64,000 nt of DNA from Tubiluchus corallicola (GCA_030141605.1 JAQGDQ010000023.1:620001-684000), one strand, 5' to 3'; shown: positions 12,301-25,676, counted from the first letter of the stretch. Numbers and translations: made by a program. Notes: generated by a model not told the origin, from the letters alone.

Positions 12301-13180
12301 GTCTTACCTCTTTAAAAAAGTAAGGAGGGCGTTGCTCCTGAAGGCATGCTACACTGTCTAATATCTAGAAAAACCCAAAAAATAATGCACAGTTACGATT
12401 CACAACACAATTTGCATATATTGGATTCCTCATTAACCTTTCAGTTCCCAACCATTTCCTTCTTGTTTGAAATATAAAACCTTCATAACACTTTCACAAC
12501 TATTTAAGCCAAGGCAGTTCCTCATCACATTAGAGAGATCATGGGAGTATATTCTATAAAAGCAGCAACAAAAAGATGAAGTAACGTGTAGGTTGCACCC
12601 TCCCGTCCACCCCCTCCCCCAACGAAATACAACAAAACTAATTGATGCGTGTTTGTAGAAGGCTAACATGGTAGTAATTGGAGTGAATATGTGCGCGGAA
12701 AGAAAAATATAAAAGTAATTCATAATAGATTTTCTCTTTTTTGTTTTTTCTTTTTTCTTACACTATATACTGTGTTGTTAGCATTTCATTAAAGCAGACG
12801 ATTAAAAGCTACAACATATTAGCTAAATTATTGTATGATATTTATCATTATGACACAGTGAGAATGTTAAAAAACTTATATATTCTGGGAGTAAAGGTGC
12901 CCATGATGCAATGGAGTTTTCTTTTTTTTGTTTTTCCTAAAAACTGAGTAATCATTTAATCTGCTTCAATAGATGTATTAGTTGCACCCTATCTATAGTA
13001 CTGTGTGAAAAATCTGACTAAATAGTAAGCCAACAGCATGAAAGGACTTACCTCAGTGTCATTCAACAGGCAACAGGAAGCTGGGAAAGGATGAAACCAG
13101 GGTAAAAATGGATTGTGTTTAAAATCCTCGTGATTATTGTAACCACAGCACTTTTGCTATAAAAAACGTAAAGTGACAAG

Positions 13181-13286
13181 TATAAACAAGAACTAACAAC
13201 TTGCTTGGTAGTAATTGCATACATATATGTGTATACACATATATGTATGCAATTACTACCAAGCAAGTTGTTCGTTCTTGTTTATA
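13181..13286. repeat. 106-bp spacerless palindrome (one mismatch)
   Basis: 53-bp arms centred between 13233 and 13234. It explains the identical N-termini of the two opposite-strand ORFs in the track. Confidence 0.95.
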
Positions 13287-15470
13287 TATATACAAGAGTG
13301 AAAACCAAAGTATGACAGATGCATTATATTATAAGAACAAAACCATCAATTTCGTATTGAAAACAAGAAAGAACATAAAAATGTACACTCGGAATTCTGG
13401 ACAATAATCACCCGTAATGTGCCAAACACTACATAAATACCTCTTGCTGAATATAATCCCACTCATGGGTAAAGATAGTGCTATTCTGTGCAGCATACGT
13501 TGTTTTTAGGTAACGTGGTACTTCATCTGCTAAGTACTTCTCCACCTGTTATAAAAAATCAAGTACAGCATATAATAATTATACACCGTACTTATATAGT
13601 CAGAAAGGCTCGAACACAGTTGATATAGTGGGATGTTTTAACAGTATCCATATTTTTATTTGTTGTTTCACCAGACAACTGTTTGTTATTGAAATTAAAG
13701 CATTTACATTGTCCAACGGAAATGAGTGGTAGTTACGCATACTTTATGTTACTGTCAAGGCTGGTCTATGGAAAAATTCTGTTCCTTTCACCCTCATCAA
13801 ACAAAAAAAATTTATGAAGGTTCTGGGGAATTCCCGTGCATTTTGTTAGTGTAAAAATGCAAAATCGGATGAATATAACGGTATCAATAAAGAACAAAGG
13901 AAATAAATGAGTGGTCAAGCTGTGGTCAATAAAAGATGAATGAGCGCTTGAGAACTGTCTGGGCATTTCGTTTATCTTGCTGCCACCTATCAAAGACTAT
14001 GGCGTCTGCGTGTAAACCTCTGTCGGTTTAAAGTCTCTTTTTAGAATGTTAGTCTTTATAATAAGTTAGGTTCCGGTTCTACCGCAATTATTAATATTGA
14101 AGAAATCCCGAGCACGACAACAAGTTATTAAAAGGTTTAATGTTCGCGTCCATATTTCTTTTTGGTCTCGTTTTAATTATTCATACAACTAATAATTGTT
14201 TTCACTTTGATTAAATTAAGTGGCATAACGGATTTTGTGAACCAGTTGAACTTCTAAAGTTTTCTCTAGGGATTCGAAGCTTTTCCACATGTGGGATACC
14301 ATTGACATCCTAATGACGTTATTATGTCCATAGACATCCTTCGTTACTGTGTTCTGATCAACAACTAATTTTATTGTATAGCTACTAAATTTTGTAAATT
14401 CTGTCTAAATTACCTGATCTTTGTAGACTAACGTCAGTGTTGCAACAACCATTTGGAGAGTCAGTAGGATGAATACGCATGAGTAGTACTAGAAATGTAA
14501 CGAAAATATTGGAAGATTTAAGATATTTTTAAGTTTACACTTTAAAAGTTTTTCAACCTATTTTGTATCAATCTGATTTACTTCATAGAACACATCCCAG
14601 TTTTCACGTTCCTGTGCAACTTGCTCCTCAGTGGTCGCTAATGATGAATAATAATGACGATGCTATTGTCGAAGTCGTCCTCATAGTTCTCATTATCGTT
14701 GTTGTCATCGTTATTATCATTGTTGTAGTTCTGCTTCACGATGAAAGTGAGGCTGGTGATGATGATAAAATAATTCTATGTGATTTTCTTCGAAAATGTT
14801 TTACGAATCTTGCTAATTACTAATGCATGGTAAAAGACGAAAACAAACAAGAATTGCTTACGACTCCCAATATGCACTTGTCTGAACGTGCGGCGCCGAC
14901 ATAGCCCAAAAGTCCGAAGCAGAATGAAAAAGAACCTGCCAATATTGCGATAAGTGCGCCAGCTCTGAAGAAAAGATAAAACGACTGCTAATCATATTAT
15001 GTACAATTTTTCTACAACCGTACAATTTTTATACAGCTATACAATGTTTACACATTTATATACAACTATTTTCAGTTAGTAATTTTTAATCTGTTTTATC
15101 AACAATTTTTATGTGTGTTGTAAATATATGTAATATAGTACTAAATTCAAATAAAAATTAAATTAAATTTTGGCTGTCAGTTAAACAATTAAAGACCCAT
15201 TCACGCAAAAAGAATTGTAGACTATTTTTGAAGCAAATGCGGTATAAAACAATCATGATTTCATAAAACACCGCTATAATGGCTACTGGGAGATAGATCT
15301 TGTTCACAGTGTAAATATTTCCCATTGAAAATGTTCATGTTGCTTCGTATTCTTAGCTTAATTTACCTGATTATATCATCTTGGTTGTCGACGGTTATTG
15401 ATCCCTCTATTTCAAGATCATTCAGATCCCCATTGAAAATTAAACAGCCTCCTAGAATCAACAAAGCTCC

Positions 15471-15740
15471 AGCTGCCTGCAATGTATAGGCATAGTGCAA
15501 CGTACAGAAATTGCCTACAACGTGCATACACTACCTACAATGTACAGACACTACCTGCAATGTACAGACTCTACCTACAATGTACGGACACTAATTGAAA
15601 TGTACAGATACTACATGCATTGTACAATCGTTATTTCCATAGTATGCAGACCTGCATTGTATAGACATTATATGCATTGTACAGACACTATAAGCATCTT
15701 ACAGATATTACGTAAAATACACATTGACTACATGCACTGT
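15471..15740. repeat. 20-bp minisatellite (CTACCTACAATGTACAGACA-like)
   Basis: About 13 progressively degenerate units, best preserved at 15531-15610. Confidence 0.8.
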
Positions 15741-17284
15741 AAAAAAACAACGAAATTTGTAAAACTGTAACTTTAGTCAGTACTAATTCTTTCGTCCATT
15801 ATTGCTCATTCTCTGAAAATCAAAATGATTTTAGGATTTATTTCATCAATTGATGTTTCTATGTTTTCTAAATACTTACCATCACAAAGAAATTGAATAT
15901 CATCAAGCAATATTTCAGTGTGTTATTCTGTTTCGGCTGAATCATAATTGCTTGTACCTCTCCTTCCTCTGTCATAAAACCCATTTTGTTAATGCCCATT
16001 TTGGTATCGGTAACTTATCTTGATCTATTAAGAAAGTATGTGATTTATATACTTTATTTACGAATATATACTATATATATAGTATAGTATATTAGCAAGC
16101 TGATCGAATCTCAAATCAAATCCAAGTGTCAATTTTTCGACTCGAGTTCAAGTAGCGAGTACCAAGTTCCTAACTCTGTTTTTTTACTTGGTTTAAAAGC
16201 TAACAAAACAATTAGTTCTAGGTTATATAGTTAAATATATACATTCTAGACAAATATATATACTGTTGTAGCAAATAAACTTTTGAAATATTTATTAATT
16301 GAAATTGAAATAATTATTAATTAAGCTCAAAAGTTTTTTTCAGTTTTTTTATTTCACCTATTGGTGGTTTGAAACGGAAGTATTGTTTCATTCGTAAATA
16401 AAGTAAAAATGTAATTCGTTAAACATTGTATCAAAACTACGATTGCTTATTAACAATTTGCTGCCTTTTCTGTGCAACTTTTCTTTGCTAGGAGAGTTGG
16501 CAAATTGGACTAATTTAGTGCACAGCACAAGACAATTTTGAGAAAATGATTTTCTGACAGGCAAGTTTTATCTAAATTAAAAGTGCTAAAATATTCATTT
16601 TTTTAAAAAGTCAAGTGGAAAACTGCAACCAAAATGTTTGGGACTTGATCACTTTAGTGTTAGGACTGCAGTCGATTATGCCAAGTCTTCTCATTTTGTC
16701 ATGTAAAATCATCGTATTAACAAAAGCAACCTACAAAATAATGAGTATAGTGTTTTTAGGTTAAGAAATATCTACTAATTTTCATGCATACGCAATTAAA
16801 CATACATACCTTGCTCAGACGTAGAAGAATTAGTCAAGAAATTTGTGCTAGCATTTATGATACAATGCTGAAATAATGATATAACTGTTCTTTAGTTACT
16901 GATGCTTTATTCGATTTTTCTGGAGTTAACGTTTTATAATATAACTTTTATACTGCGCAAATGCGCCTACTGTTTACTTATATGTTCGTTAAAAGCCGTA
17001 GACTTGCTAACATAGTATACCAAGTCAACACTCACCGACCTTGGCATTTACGAATATGATAATAAAATTTGCTTGCATAAGCGGCCTATTGAACTTTAAA
17101 TAATGCTGCTCATTGCTTTTGTCATGAGTATACATTTCAGTACATAGAAAACTGAAATTCAGCATTGAATCCTACTTAGTGTTGGGCAGTTAATTGTGAT
17201 AGGAAGATGAAATAATAAGCTGCTAGGCATGTTGAATGTGTATTTTCTCAGAGAAGTAGCTGGATATAATTACGGGTAAATCAA

Positions 17285-17400
17285 GCCGCCCTAGAGCGAG
17301 TACTGAATCCGGAGGACACCAATCCATTTGCAGGCCAGGCACAGTGTTGCTTAACTTCTCCAAGCGCATACTTAAGTCGAAGTGCTTGCCTATTAACCTA
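17285..17400 (-). mobile_element. Degenerate 5S rRNA-derived segment (SINE3-like or 5S pseudogene)
   Basis: Minus strand GAAGTTAAGCAACACTGTGCCTGGCCTGCAAATGGATTGGTGTCCTCC resembles the 5S internal control region GAAGTTAAGCAACG..GCC.GG......TGGATGGGTGACCGCC. Confidence 0.45.
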
Positions 17401-17754
17401 ACCTAATAAAAACAAAAAATATTTAAAGTAATAATAATTAGAATACTAATCATTAATAACCATATAATCAACTGAACTTATTTAGAGATAATCCGAAGTC
17501 TGGGCCGTTTACTAGCAAACACTGAAATGATGACTTCATTCTCAAACAAGGATAAAAATTACTATAAAATTCTTTTTATTATACTTTTTATCATTTTTAA
17601 TTATGTTATTGATGAACTAATACAGTTTACAAAAGATGGTAGTAAAATAAGCAAAAATTAATAGTTCTTGGTTAAAGCAGTCTGTGACGCCGGGTTTTAC
17701 CTGTTGGTTTTCTGTTCTTTATAACCAGATTTTCCTCAACAATTCCCAAACTAG

Positions 17755-17890
17755 TACTCCTAGCCGAGCGGTGAGGTAGTAGTACACAGACGTTAGTAGT
17801 TTAGAAACTGAATCAGTTTCTCATTGGTACCTCTACGGGGCGTACCTTGAGACAAAAGATATGGGTTCGAATCACGAGTGGGATCTTAAG
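17755..17890 (+). mobile_element. tRNA-derived SINE-like remnant
   Basis: A-box-like TAGCCGAGCGG at 17761 and B-box-like GGTTCGAATC at 17864. Spacing is too long and no cloverleaf is evident. Confidence 0.35.
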
Positions 17891-18139
17891 TGTCGGTCTT
17901 GAGTTGTCGTTATTGTGTTTAGCTAACAAAGTGTGAACTATTCATAATGTTTTTACTATTCAAATACTTCAAAAAACGCACTCCAAGATACATATTTTGT
18001 GTATAAAGAACGATCAAAATTTAATTAACAAATTTGTGATGATATGATCAAAAAGATAATTTTCAAAATCAATCAGATAAATACGAGGCAAAACCCAACT
18101 AGAGATAAACAAATTAGATTCTAATACACTAGTTACTCA

Positions 18140-18790
18140 CTAATTACCCTTTCCCTGGGAGGTACACCGAAAAACCTGTCCACGCTGAGATGGTTCACTG
18201 TCCATTAACGTCTTGGCATGCCACATAATCACTGGTGACGTCACTGGAAACGAAGTCTACACTGTCTAGTAGGTGGGGTAGGTGAGGCAACATCAAGAAT
18301 GGTTTAACTTTCTCAGAAGCTGGCATCAGGTAAATTTAGGCGGTGATATTCAGTCCAACCTTCCACATGAACAGTAGTAACTCCATAACGGCTTAAGCAA
18401 ATTGTCCCAAGTATCCATTTGGCTGTAAACTCCGATAGTGCACAAAATGTATCACAACGTATCTAGACTGCTCGAAAACGTTACTGTCCTTTAACTGTAA
18501 TCACAGCTATATAAAATGCTAAATGCCAAACTGCAACACATTACATAGTCCGCAGGTAACACGTACAGAGCAAACGTCTTTACTTCATAGCTATAAACGT
18601 GCCGACTGAAGCCGTCGAAATAAAACTAGGACGACAACCTGGTTTCCAACTTATGCATTTGTTGAAGGACAGGTGTGTGGCTTTCCCATCCCGTAGTACT
18701 TACAGTACCTATTCATAATACTAGGTAAACATTCATGTATAGTAAACTGTTCATAACACAGTCGGAATACCATGGTTGTCTTTCACTGGA
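18140..18790 (-). mobile_element. Highly decayed Ty3/Gypsy-like integrase C-terminus
   Basis: Minus-strand fragments AKWILGTICLSRYGVTTVHVEGWTEYHRLNL and PTRQCRL...SDYV, then a purine tract AGGGAAAGGG. This resembles the KW.PG.I...G...V...RH..QL / P.R.RR.P..L.DYV end of Gypsy pol. Many stops. Confidence 0.4.
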
Positions 18791-18889
18791 AGGAAGTCTG
18801 ACCACTCACATTAAAATTAAAAATTACACTCATAACTTAAAATAAGCATAGTTATATGTATTAGAAAGAAGACGATGCGAAGCAGATAA

Positions 18890-19250
18890 AACTTAGTAAA
18901 ACTTAAAATCACAAAATGAACAGAAATGAAAATAGGAGCGTATCCTATCTGCATGAAAAAAGAAGTAATATGAAGCTGAACAAAAGTAGCAAAAATTCAA
19001 AACACACTAGATGATATAAAATTTTACACGAACTAGAAAAAGAAACTATGTAAGTTGATAAGCTTAATAAGAACTTAGAAACACAAGACAAACAGAAATT
19101 AAAATAAGAACGCATATCCTATAATTATGTTTGAATTTTACATAAATAAATTAGGTGTAAAACTGAAATCAATAAAATATTAGCAATTGCGTAAAACATA
19201 CAAGATGGAATGAAGTTTTTACATAAATTAGAAAAAGAAATAATGTAAAA
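18890..19250. repeat. Two diverged tandem copies of a ~180-195-bp A-rich unit
   Basis: AACAGAAAT(G/T)AAAATA(G/A)GA...TATCCTAT and TTTTACA..AA(C/T)TAGAAAAAGAAA.(T/A)ATGTAA each occur twice. Confidence 0.5.
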
Positions 19251-20647
19251 GTGATAATTACAATGGTGTAAAAGGAATAAATTGGAAAATGTGCACGCAC
19301 CTATAAACGGTGCAAGTAAGAGTTACAGCAGAATAATTGAATAAACAAAAATAAAAAAGACAGCCAACTACCCAGCTTATTACCATTAGGTTCGCCTTAT
19401 TATTTGTAAGCCTGCATTAGTTGTTTGAAATAGAGATAGTGGGTAACTATAAGAAGTGGGTAATCTTACAGGCAATGGCAGTGTGTTCCATTCAAAACCA
19501 TTATTAACAAAAATATAAAACGAAGGCTGCCTGTTATGGAGCGCACTATGGTAGCAACAGATGTATCATGTCTAGTATTTTGTCGAACGTGTTTGACTGC
19601 CAAATATAACTGACGAAAATACTTGTAATTAGTACTCAATCATAAAAGTTGTCGATTGTAGAATACAGTACTGAGATAAAAACATATCCTGCTATAAGTT
19701 CCAGCATTGAGTCAGAGCATTGAGCTCTTTACTAAAGAAAGCCGTGGCCGGAAGTCAACTAAGTCAGCACAGCTAGAATCTAGGAATTTTCTATCAACAA
19801 CTTTTTTCCCTTTCTTGTTAATACCACAGTGACAACTAAAGTTAAGTGACCCGTCTCAGCACCCGCTGAATAATTGCTAATTGATGAAACTGATGAACTG
19901 ATGAATGAGAGATCTAAAAGCGAGCGTCTGAATTCACTGTCAGCATTTAAGTCTCATCTATGGTTCAATTACGATCTGCCTGAAGCTCATATTAAATCAT
20001 CCTTCAAGGTATATTCGATAATTGGTCACACGCACAAAGTCTGTCACTCAGTAGCTCAAAATTCAAATTAAAGTCCCCGCAAATATAAATATGGCAAATG
20101 CTCAATGCTCAATGTTTCAATATAGTATGTAGTAATAGTTATCAATATCATAAGCATTTGGTGGACTGTAAAAGTATCCAATGAGAAGCTTACTATTACC
20201 AGCTTTAATCGCAGCCAGTTCTCATTCAAGTTTGTCGTCTGTTGCAATCAACACGGGTTTTAAACAGCTTTTAGCAGCTCTCGAAGCTTTTTTCGAAACG
20301 TGAGCGTTAAAATAAAATCTTATATTTTTTTTATAAATTTATAACGTTGTGGTATATTCAGCAAAAGGGAAGAAATTGTGTTGTGAGCTCTCTGAATGTC
20401 CTGCATCAATGATTTGTAACTGAATCCTGTTGTTAGGTGCCTCAAAGTTATGTCTAGCCATAGTTCAGGGCAAAGAGCCTGCCTCATGACTGTACTCTTC
20501 TTCTCTATTCTCTCTTCTAATCTACTTAAATTTAGAGAAATACTTTTGTTTCAGACTTTCATCAGTATCACTGAAAATACATTAGTCTAGTTTTAAGTGA
20601 TTACTAATCTACGCTAACTAGTGATTACTTTAATCAATTCTCAGAAT

Positions 20648-20805
20648 GGTGACCAGTAATAAACTCACAGGAAAAATCACAATTTTGGCTAGGAAAAAAG
20701 TCACAGGAAATAAGTGGCAATTATTTTTAGCTAGAGTTAGGGTTAGGATAAGGGCTGTTTCTTTTTTCCTGTGACTTTTGTCTGTGACTTTTTTATTCAT
20801 GTTCA
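20648..20805. mobile_element. Short inverted-repeat element with GGGTTA core
   Basis: AAAAGTCACAGGAAA (20696-20710) versus TTTCCTGTGACTTTT (20765-20779), surrounding GAGTTAGGGTTAGG. Confidence 0.55.
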
Positions 20806-21045
20806 GTTATATCAGTCTGAAGTGTTGAGAAATCTAGCATCAGTTTCGCATCAGTTTGGTTCATGCAGGTTTTTTCCTGGAATCGACCGTCAGAAAAAAC
20901 AGATTGACAGAGAAAACAGGTAACGGTTTGGCTTGTGATGCTTACCAGAGGGCAGAGTTTACATTATACCCTTACAAAGAACACCCACGAGCATTCACGA
21001 ATACCTACGAACATCTAATACGATTTAATACGTAAATACGGGTGC

Positions 21046-22089
21046 GCGGTAAAAATGGCACAGGAAACAATGGCACAGATGGGACGGTAAGAAAAAATGG
21101 TAATATGTTTTTTTAATGCGATTGATTTCTATAATAGAACTAGAATGCACTCAGTAGGAAGCAGATCTCTGTCAAAGCCGAACAATCCTAATCTTATTGG
21201 TCTAATTCTTTTGATTAAAAAATTTAACTAAAGATAAACAAGCAAACATACAACAACTTACCACGTAACGGTATTATATAGACAAGCAAAAGACTCACAA
21301 AATGTTTGTTCATTAAATGGATTTATAATCAATAATGCACGACTGTTCCACATAGTGTTTACCTACCTTTTTAACATTAATTTTAGCCGTCGTAATAAAA
21401 ATTTAGCCGCCGTAATAGACTGACAAATATATACGTATCAACTCCACTTACAGGGCCATACACCTTAATAAGCAAAGGCTATAGACAGTGTTACACATTT
21501 TTTCAAGCTAGATTTTCTCCAAATGGAACCTGGAACGAACTCGCAGTTGTGTGTCCTGATGGAGATAATAAAAAAAGAAATACTAAATACTCCCTCTGAG
21601 ACCTGCATGAAGTGCTCCACGAACGTTTTTATACGTGATGCCGGTCGAGTTTTGCGAAAGAAGAACCGGCGAAAAGATTCCCATTTTGTCACTCCATACT
21701 CACATGTATTCACAAAGTTTCAAGGAAATCGTCTATTAATTATGACGATGATTGCCAGAATTTTGTAAACCATAACGGTTTATTTTACCAATTATTACCC
21801 ATTGCGGGTAGGACAAAAGAGACACTGAAAAACTGTGGTTAATCACGATCTTGGAAAGGTTTATATAGTGTTTGCATAATAAGATTACCGTCATAATAGA
21901 CAAAAAGCAACCAAACAAACTGTGTTGAAGCATAACTTCCTTGGCAGAGGTAAAAATAACTAAAATAATTATACCCCACTATAACCCTAACCCTAATCAC
22001 CTATATTACTAAGTGTGCCATTTTTCCTGTGCTAATTTTACCTACTTTTTCATTTGTGACATGTTTTCCTGTGCCATTTTTACCGTACC
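21046..22089. mobile_element. TIR element (GGTAAAAATGGCACAGGAAA termini, TAACCC core) interrupted by a nested insertion
   Basis: CGGTAAAAATGGCACAGGAAA at 21047-21067 is the exact reverse complement of TTTCCTGTGCCATTTTTACCG at 22065-22085. TAACCCTAACCCTAA at 21982-21996. Confidence 0.7.
21138..21953. mobile_element. Non-autonomous Helentron/HINE (DINE-1-like) element
   Basis: Begins AACTAGAATGCACTCAGTAG..ATCTCTGTCAAAG and ends CAAAC repeats-CATAACTTCCTTGGCAGAGGTAA. The subterminal inverted repeat and T-rich ends match the recalled HINE layout. Confidence 0.55.
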
Positions 22090-22368
22090 ATTTTAACTTA
22101 TGTTCGTTAATCGACAATTCTGTACGACGCTACATCGAAGCCAAAAGTCGGGCTAATGGTTCGAGAGTTTTAAAACTTTCGTATGCGTATACCGACCACA
22201 TAAGAATAACCACGCAGGATTACGAAGCAGTACGATTTTACAACCTACGATATAGAAATCGCAATAGATTGTAAAAAATAAAAAAATAATTGATCAAAAG
22301 ACCTCATTTGTTTTTGAATGCCATCCGTCAGAACGTTGGCACTATAAAAATGGTAACGTTACGTTAAA

Positions 22369-22434
22369 TAGGTTTATCTCTTCCCTTGTACTCTCCCAAT
22401 GTAGGTTTATCTCTTCCCTTGTACTCTCCCAATG
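22369..22434. repeat. Perfect 33-bp tandem duplication
   Basis: TAGGTTTATCTCTTCCCTTGTACTCTCCCAATG occurs twice in succession. Confidence 0.95.
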
Positions 22435-24047
22435 ACTTCACATTCTTGTTTGGAAAAAATTAACCTCTCCTGTTTTTGTAAATGGGGAAAACCAGCTTAT
22501 AGAAATTTTGCAGGTAAAACGATTACATAGAAAGATTGCATGTAATATATATCTTTCCATAGTATAAAACACTTTCAATCGCTAAAATGCATAATTATTG
22601 TTACATATAGTTGATTTTTTTTAAGATTATGCAGCCATGAAATTAAAGTTTTAATTGAGTGTTATAATTCAATAATTGTAGTAAAGAATAATTAAGAGTT
22701 GAACTTGTAAATTTATTGTTGCTAAAATCTAGTTTATTATTGTTTACCTTGCTGAAATTTTCTGTAGGGAACATTAATAGCATTTTCGAATCACTCGCTC
22801 ACTGATCAGAGCCTTGATTTTCTCGGTAGGAAGATAATTAGATCAGTGATATTTATTCATAGCAAAATAAACGTATAATTTAGCGTAAGAAAAAACATTA
22901 TTTCTCCAAATCAGATGCCTTTGTTTCTTTTTTCAGTTGAATTTTAGCAAGTTGGCTGTTTATTTGACAATCAAGTAATAAACAATAGTTAGTTTTCATG
23001 CCAAGGACAATGGCTATTGTGATTCGGAATGACCGATCTGTTCGGAGAAATATTCGCCTGGGGTGACGGGTGAGCAGTTACTCTCATTACTGTGAACTAA
23101 ATGCCAAGCAATTGCAACCAATGGAATGTCTGTTGAAATTATGATTATGAGAGCAGAGCATTAACTATACCGTTTGAAATAATGGTAGTATAATTAGTGA
23201 TTGTTAGAAATGTAAATAGACGCAATTGCAGTTTTAGCACCGCTAGGAAAACGTAAATTTAATTTTTAATTATGAGACTGGGTACAATTAACGAATTATT
23301 CCACAGTTAATTAAAAGAAGAAAACTCGATTGTGTCAGGTGAAAACTTAAAAAGAAAACTAATCCGGAATGTGAAGCATTGGGTTATTCACTGCTTTAAT
23401 TTTTTCTGCCCAGCTACCATAATATGCTGTTTAGAACGCTAAATTTTTATTGTTGTCAGGGAATCCATTTCGCGAATGTGTTATTTGAAAGCCATGTAGC
23501 GTTGTCAACACAGTGTCCGTTTTATCTTAAAAATTTAGAATACAAAGTTAGAATACTCTATCGTCGTTACAATGTAAAAACTGGCAAAAAACTTATTACA
23601 TGAACGAGAATGAGAACGAGACCGGCTTCACGGCGAAACAAATCTATTTATAAGGTGCATCACAAAAGAGTAACCTAAAAATCACATAAAATTGCCGAAT
23701 TCAAAAATTTTCCGTTTCTTAATATTAACACGCTACAAAACATATCCAACTTGAAGAAAGATAAATTTAGAAAAGAAAAATGCACAGAGACACAGTTAAT
23801 AAACACCATTTCTTTTTTCTTTATTGAGATGATTTTTCATTAACAGTTAAGAAAACCCTTGAAACAGAATAAGTCATCGAAATTTGCAGAAGTAGTAGTA
23901 GTAGTGAAGAGTTGCTCGGATCGCAGCGTGCCATCTGAATAGAAAATAGCTGAAGACAGAAAGGCACGGATAAAATTTATGAAAAATGTGGGGAATGGAT
24001 TAGAACTGAAGAAAACAGAATGAAGTGGAACTGACTGGGCTAGACAG

Positions 24048-24140
24048 GAATAGAATAGAATAGAATAGAATAGAATAGAATAGAATAGAATAGAATAGAA
24101 TAGAATAGAATAGAATAGAATAGAATAGAATAGAACAGAA
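24048..24140. repeat. (GAATA)n microsatellite
   Basis: About 17 perfect pentamer units. Confidence 0.95.
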
Positions 24141-25676
24141 TATTGATTGGAATGAACGGAATAGGCTCTAATCAAGGATCAACCCTGTTGAAATCCCTTG
24201 ATCATCAAAGTTGGCTCCTATGGCATCCATTATTATCTATTTTATCTATTATTTAGGCTACTTCTATTAAGATCGTTACTTTCGTTGAGGTGTCGTTACT
24301 GCTTCCAAAAACCCCACAGTTTATTCATAGTACTCATCCTTCTGCAGCGTACCGTAGGTTTACCCTGGACATATATAAATGTAGAACAGCTACTTATATA
24401 TCCGATTTCTTTTCCGGGCTTCTGATGTATGGAATTCTCTCCAAAAAATGTTTCTTGAAAATTAACAAATTAGTTATACGAATTTCATTTTTCTGTGGAC
24501 ATGCATTCAATATCTTTACTTTTTTTTACTATATCCTTATAATCAATGCTGCCTTGTGTGACGAGTCTTATGGGATAAACAAAACAGCATTACGATGATG
24601 AAAAGCAGTAACTTGATTATTACTTTTTAAGTAAAACCTTTGCAAACAAAGAACGTGTAACCATGCGCTTAATGTCTTAACCTTGAAGTCAATTCTTTTT
24701 CATCATTGTTGTAGTTAATTTCATGCTTTGTTCCCTTCACTCGTCAATAATCACCTGAGAGACAGGGGCTTGCAGAGTCTGAAATAATTAGCAAATTTTC
24801 TGGTGTTGTATGGGCGTTGGTATCAGAGCAGAATTTGCAGTGTAACGGAATGACCTAGTCCCAGATTGACGCTATTACGGTACTATATCAGCTCATTGTT
24901 GTCGCTTTGACTTTATGAATGTCACATACCTACATTAGGAATCGTTTTTGAAGCGCAAAAGAAAGAGTTGATAAAGTGTGAAGATCATTTTCAACTCATC
25001 TTGATTTTGCTATGTCACGTTTGTTTGTTTTAATATTAAACTGCGCAGACGCTTGAACTCGAACGCCTGAATTTTATTCAGCACCTGTACATTGCACATT
25101 ATATTCTTTATTGTTCCTTAATAAAAGTGTAAAATTGTTTAGTTACTGGTGCGTAGATAAATTAATTAAGAACTTTGGAGGGCAAAATTAGTTTTCAGAA
25201 AACGTTTGTGTGTGACGGGCAGTAACTGACCGTGAAATGAAAAACATCCTTTCGTTATTGTTCGTTTCTTTTTGTTTTATCTATTATGTTATTTGCTTCT
25301 ATAATCCGTAAGTTTGGAAAATGATCCCTACTAACATGCAATTTGTATCTTACTACATAGTTCATTTGAACCAACTTTGAATTTACGCATTTTGTCGAAA
25401 TATTATATATTTTGCATATAATAAACATGCGAAGTAAGATAAAGAAGACGGACTAGGCCGTTAGACAATCAGAGATTGTAAATGAAAAGACAACATTAGA
25501 TAAGTAGTACCCAGTTTATCTAGGAGCCGTCTTCATTGTTCAAATTAGCAGTCTTGGATATTAGCTAACTAAACCCTGGATGCTGGACACCAAAGAATAG
25601 CATATTTGAAATTTCGCTTGTTGGCGATAGTGAAAAAAGCTCAGCTGTATTCTGGTAATGTGGCAGTTTCTGACCA

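Noticed and set aside
13063-13407. Two opposite-strand ORFs with identical N-termini suggesting a divergent gene pair
   Set aside because: Artefact of the 106-bp palindrome.
14563-14823. Hydrophobic TM-like ORFs (also 7346-7579 and 37833-38144)
   Set aside because: Degenerate trinucleotide repeats (ATT/GTT/CAT) yield Ile/Val runs, and no gene structure is evident.
15471-15740. Regular repeat array considered as CRISPR-like
   Set aside because: Units are contiguous without unique spacers, and the context is eukaryotic with no cas genes.
17755-17890. Possible tRNA gene (also B-box at about 39580)
   Set aside because: No cloverleaf can be formed and the A-B spacing is wrong, so it is treated as a SINE remnant.
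22990-23380. Cluster of Sox-dimer (ACAATGGCTATTGT) and TEAD-like (GGAATG) motifs as a ZP enhancer
   Set aside because: Short motifs are expected by chance and cannot be supported without conservation or chromatin data.
23840-24175. 111-aa ORF with ILFYS repeats
   Set aside because: Produced by (GAATA)n, with no splice or homology support.
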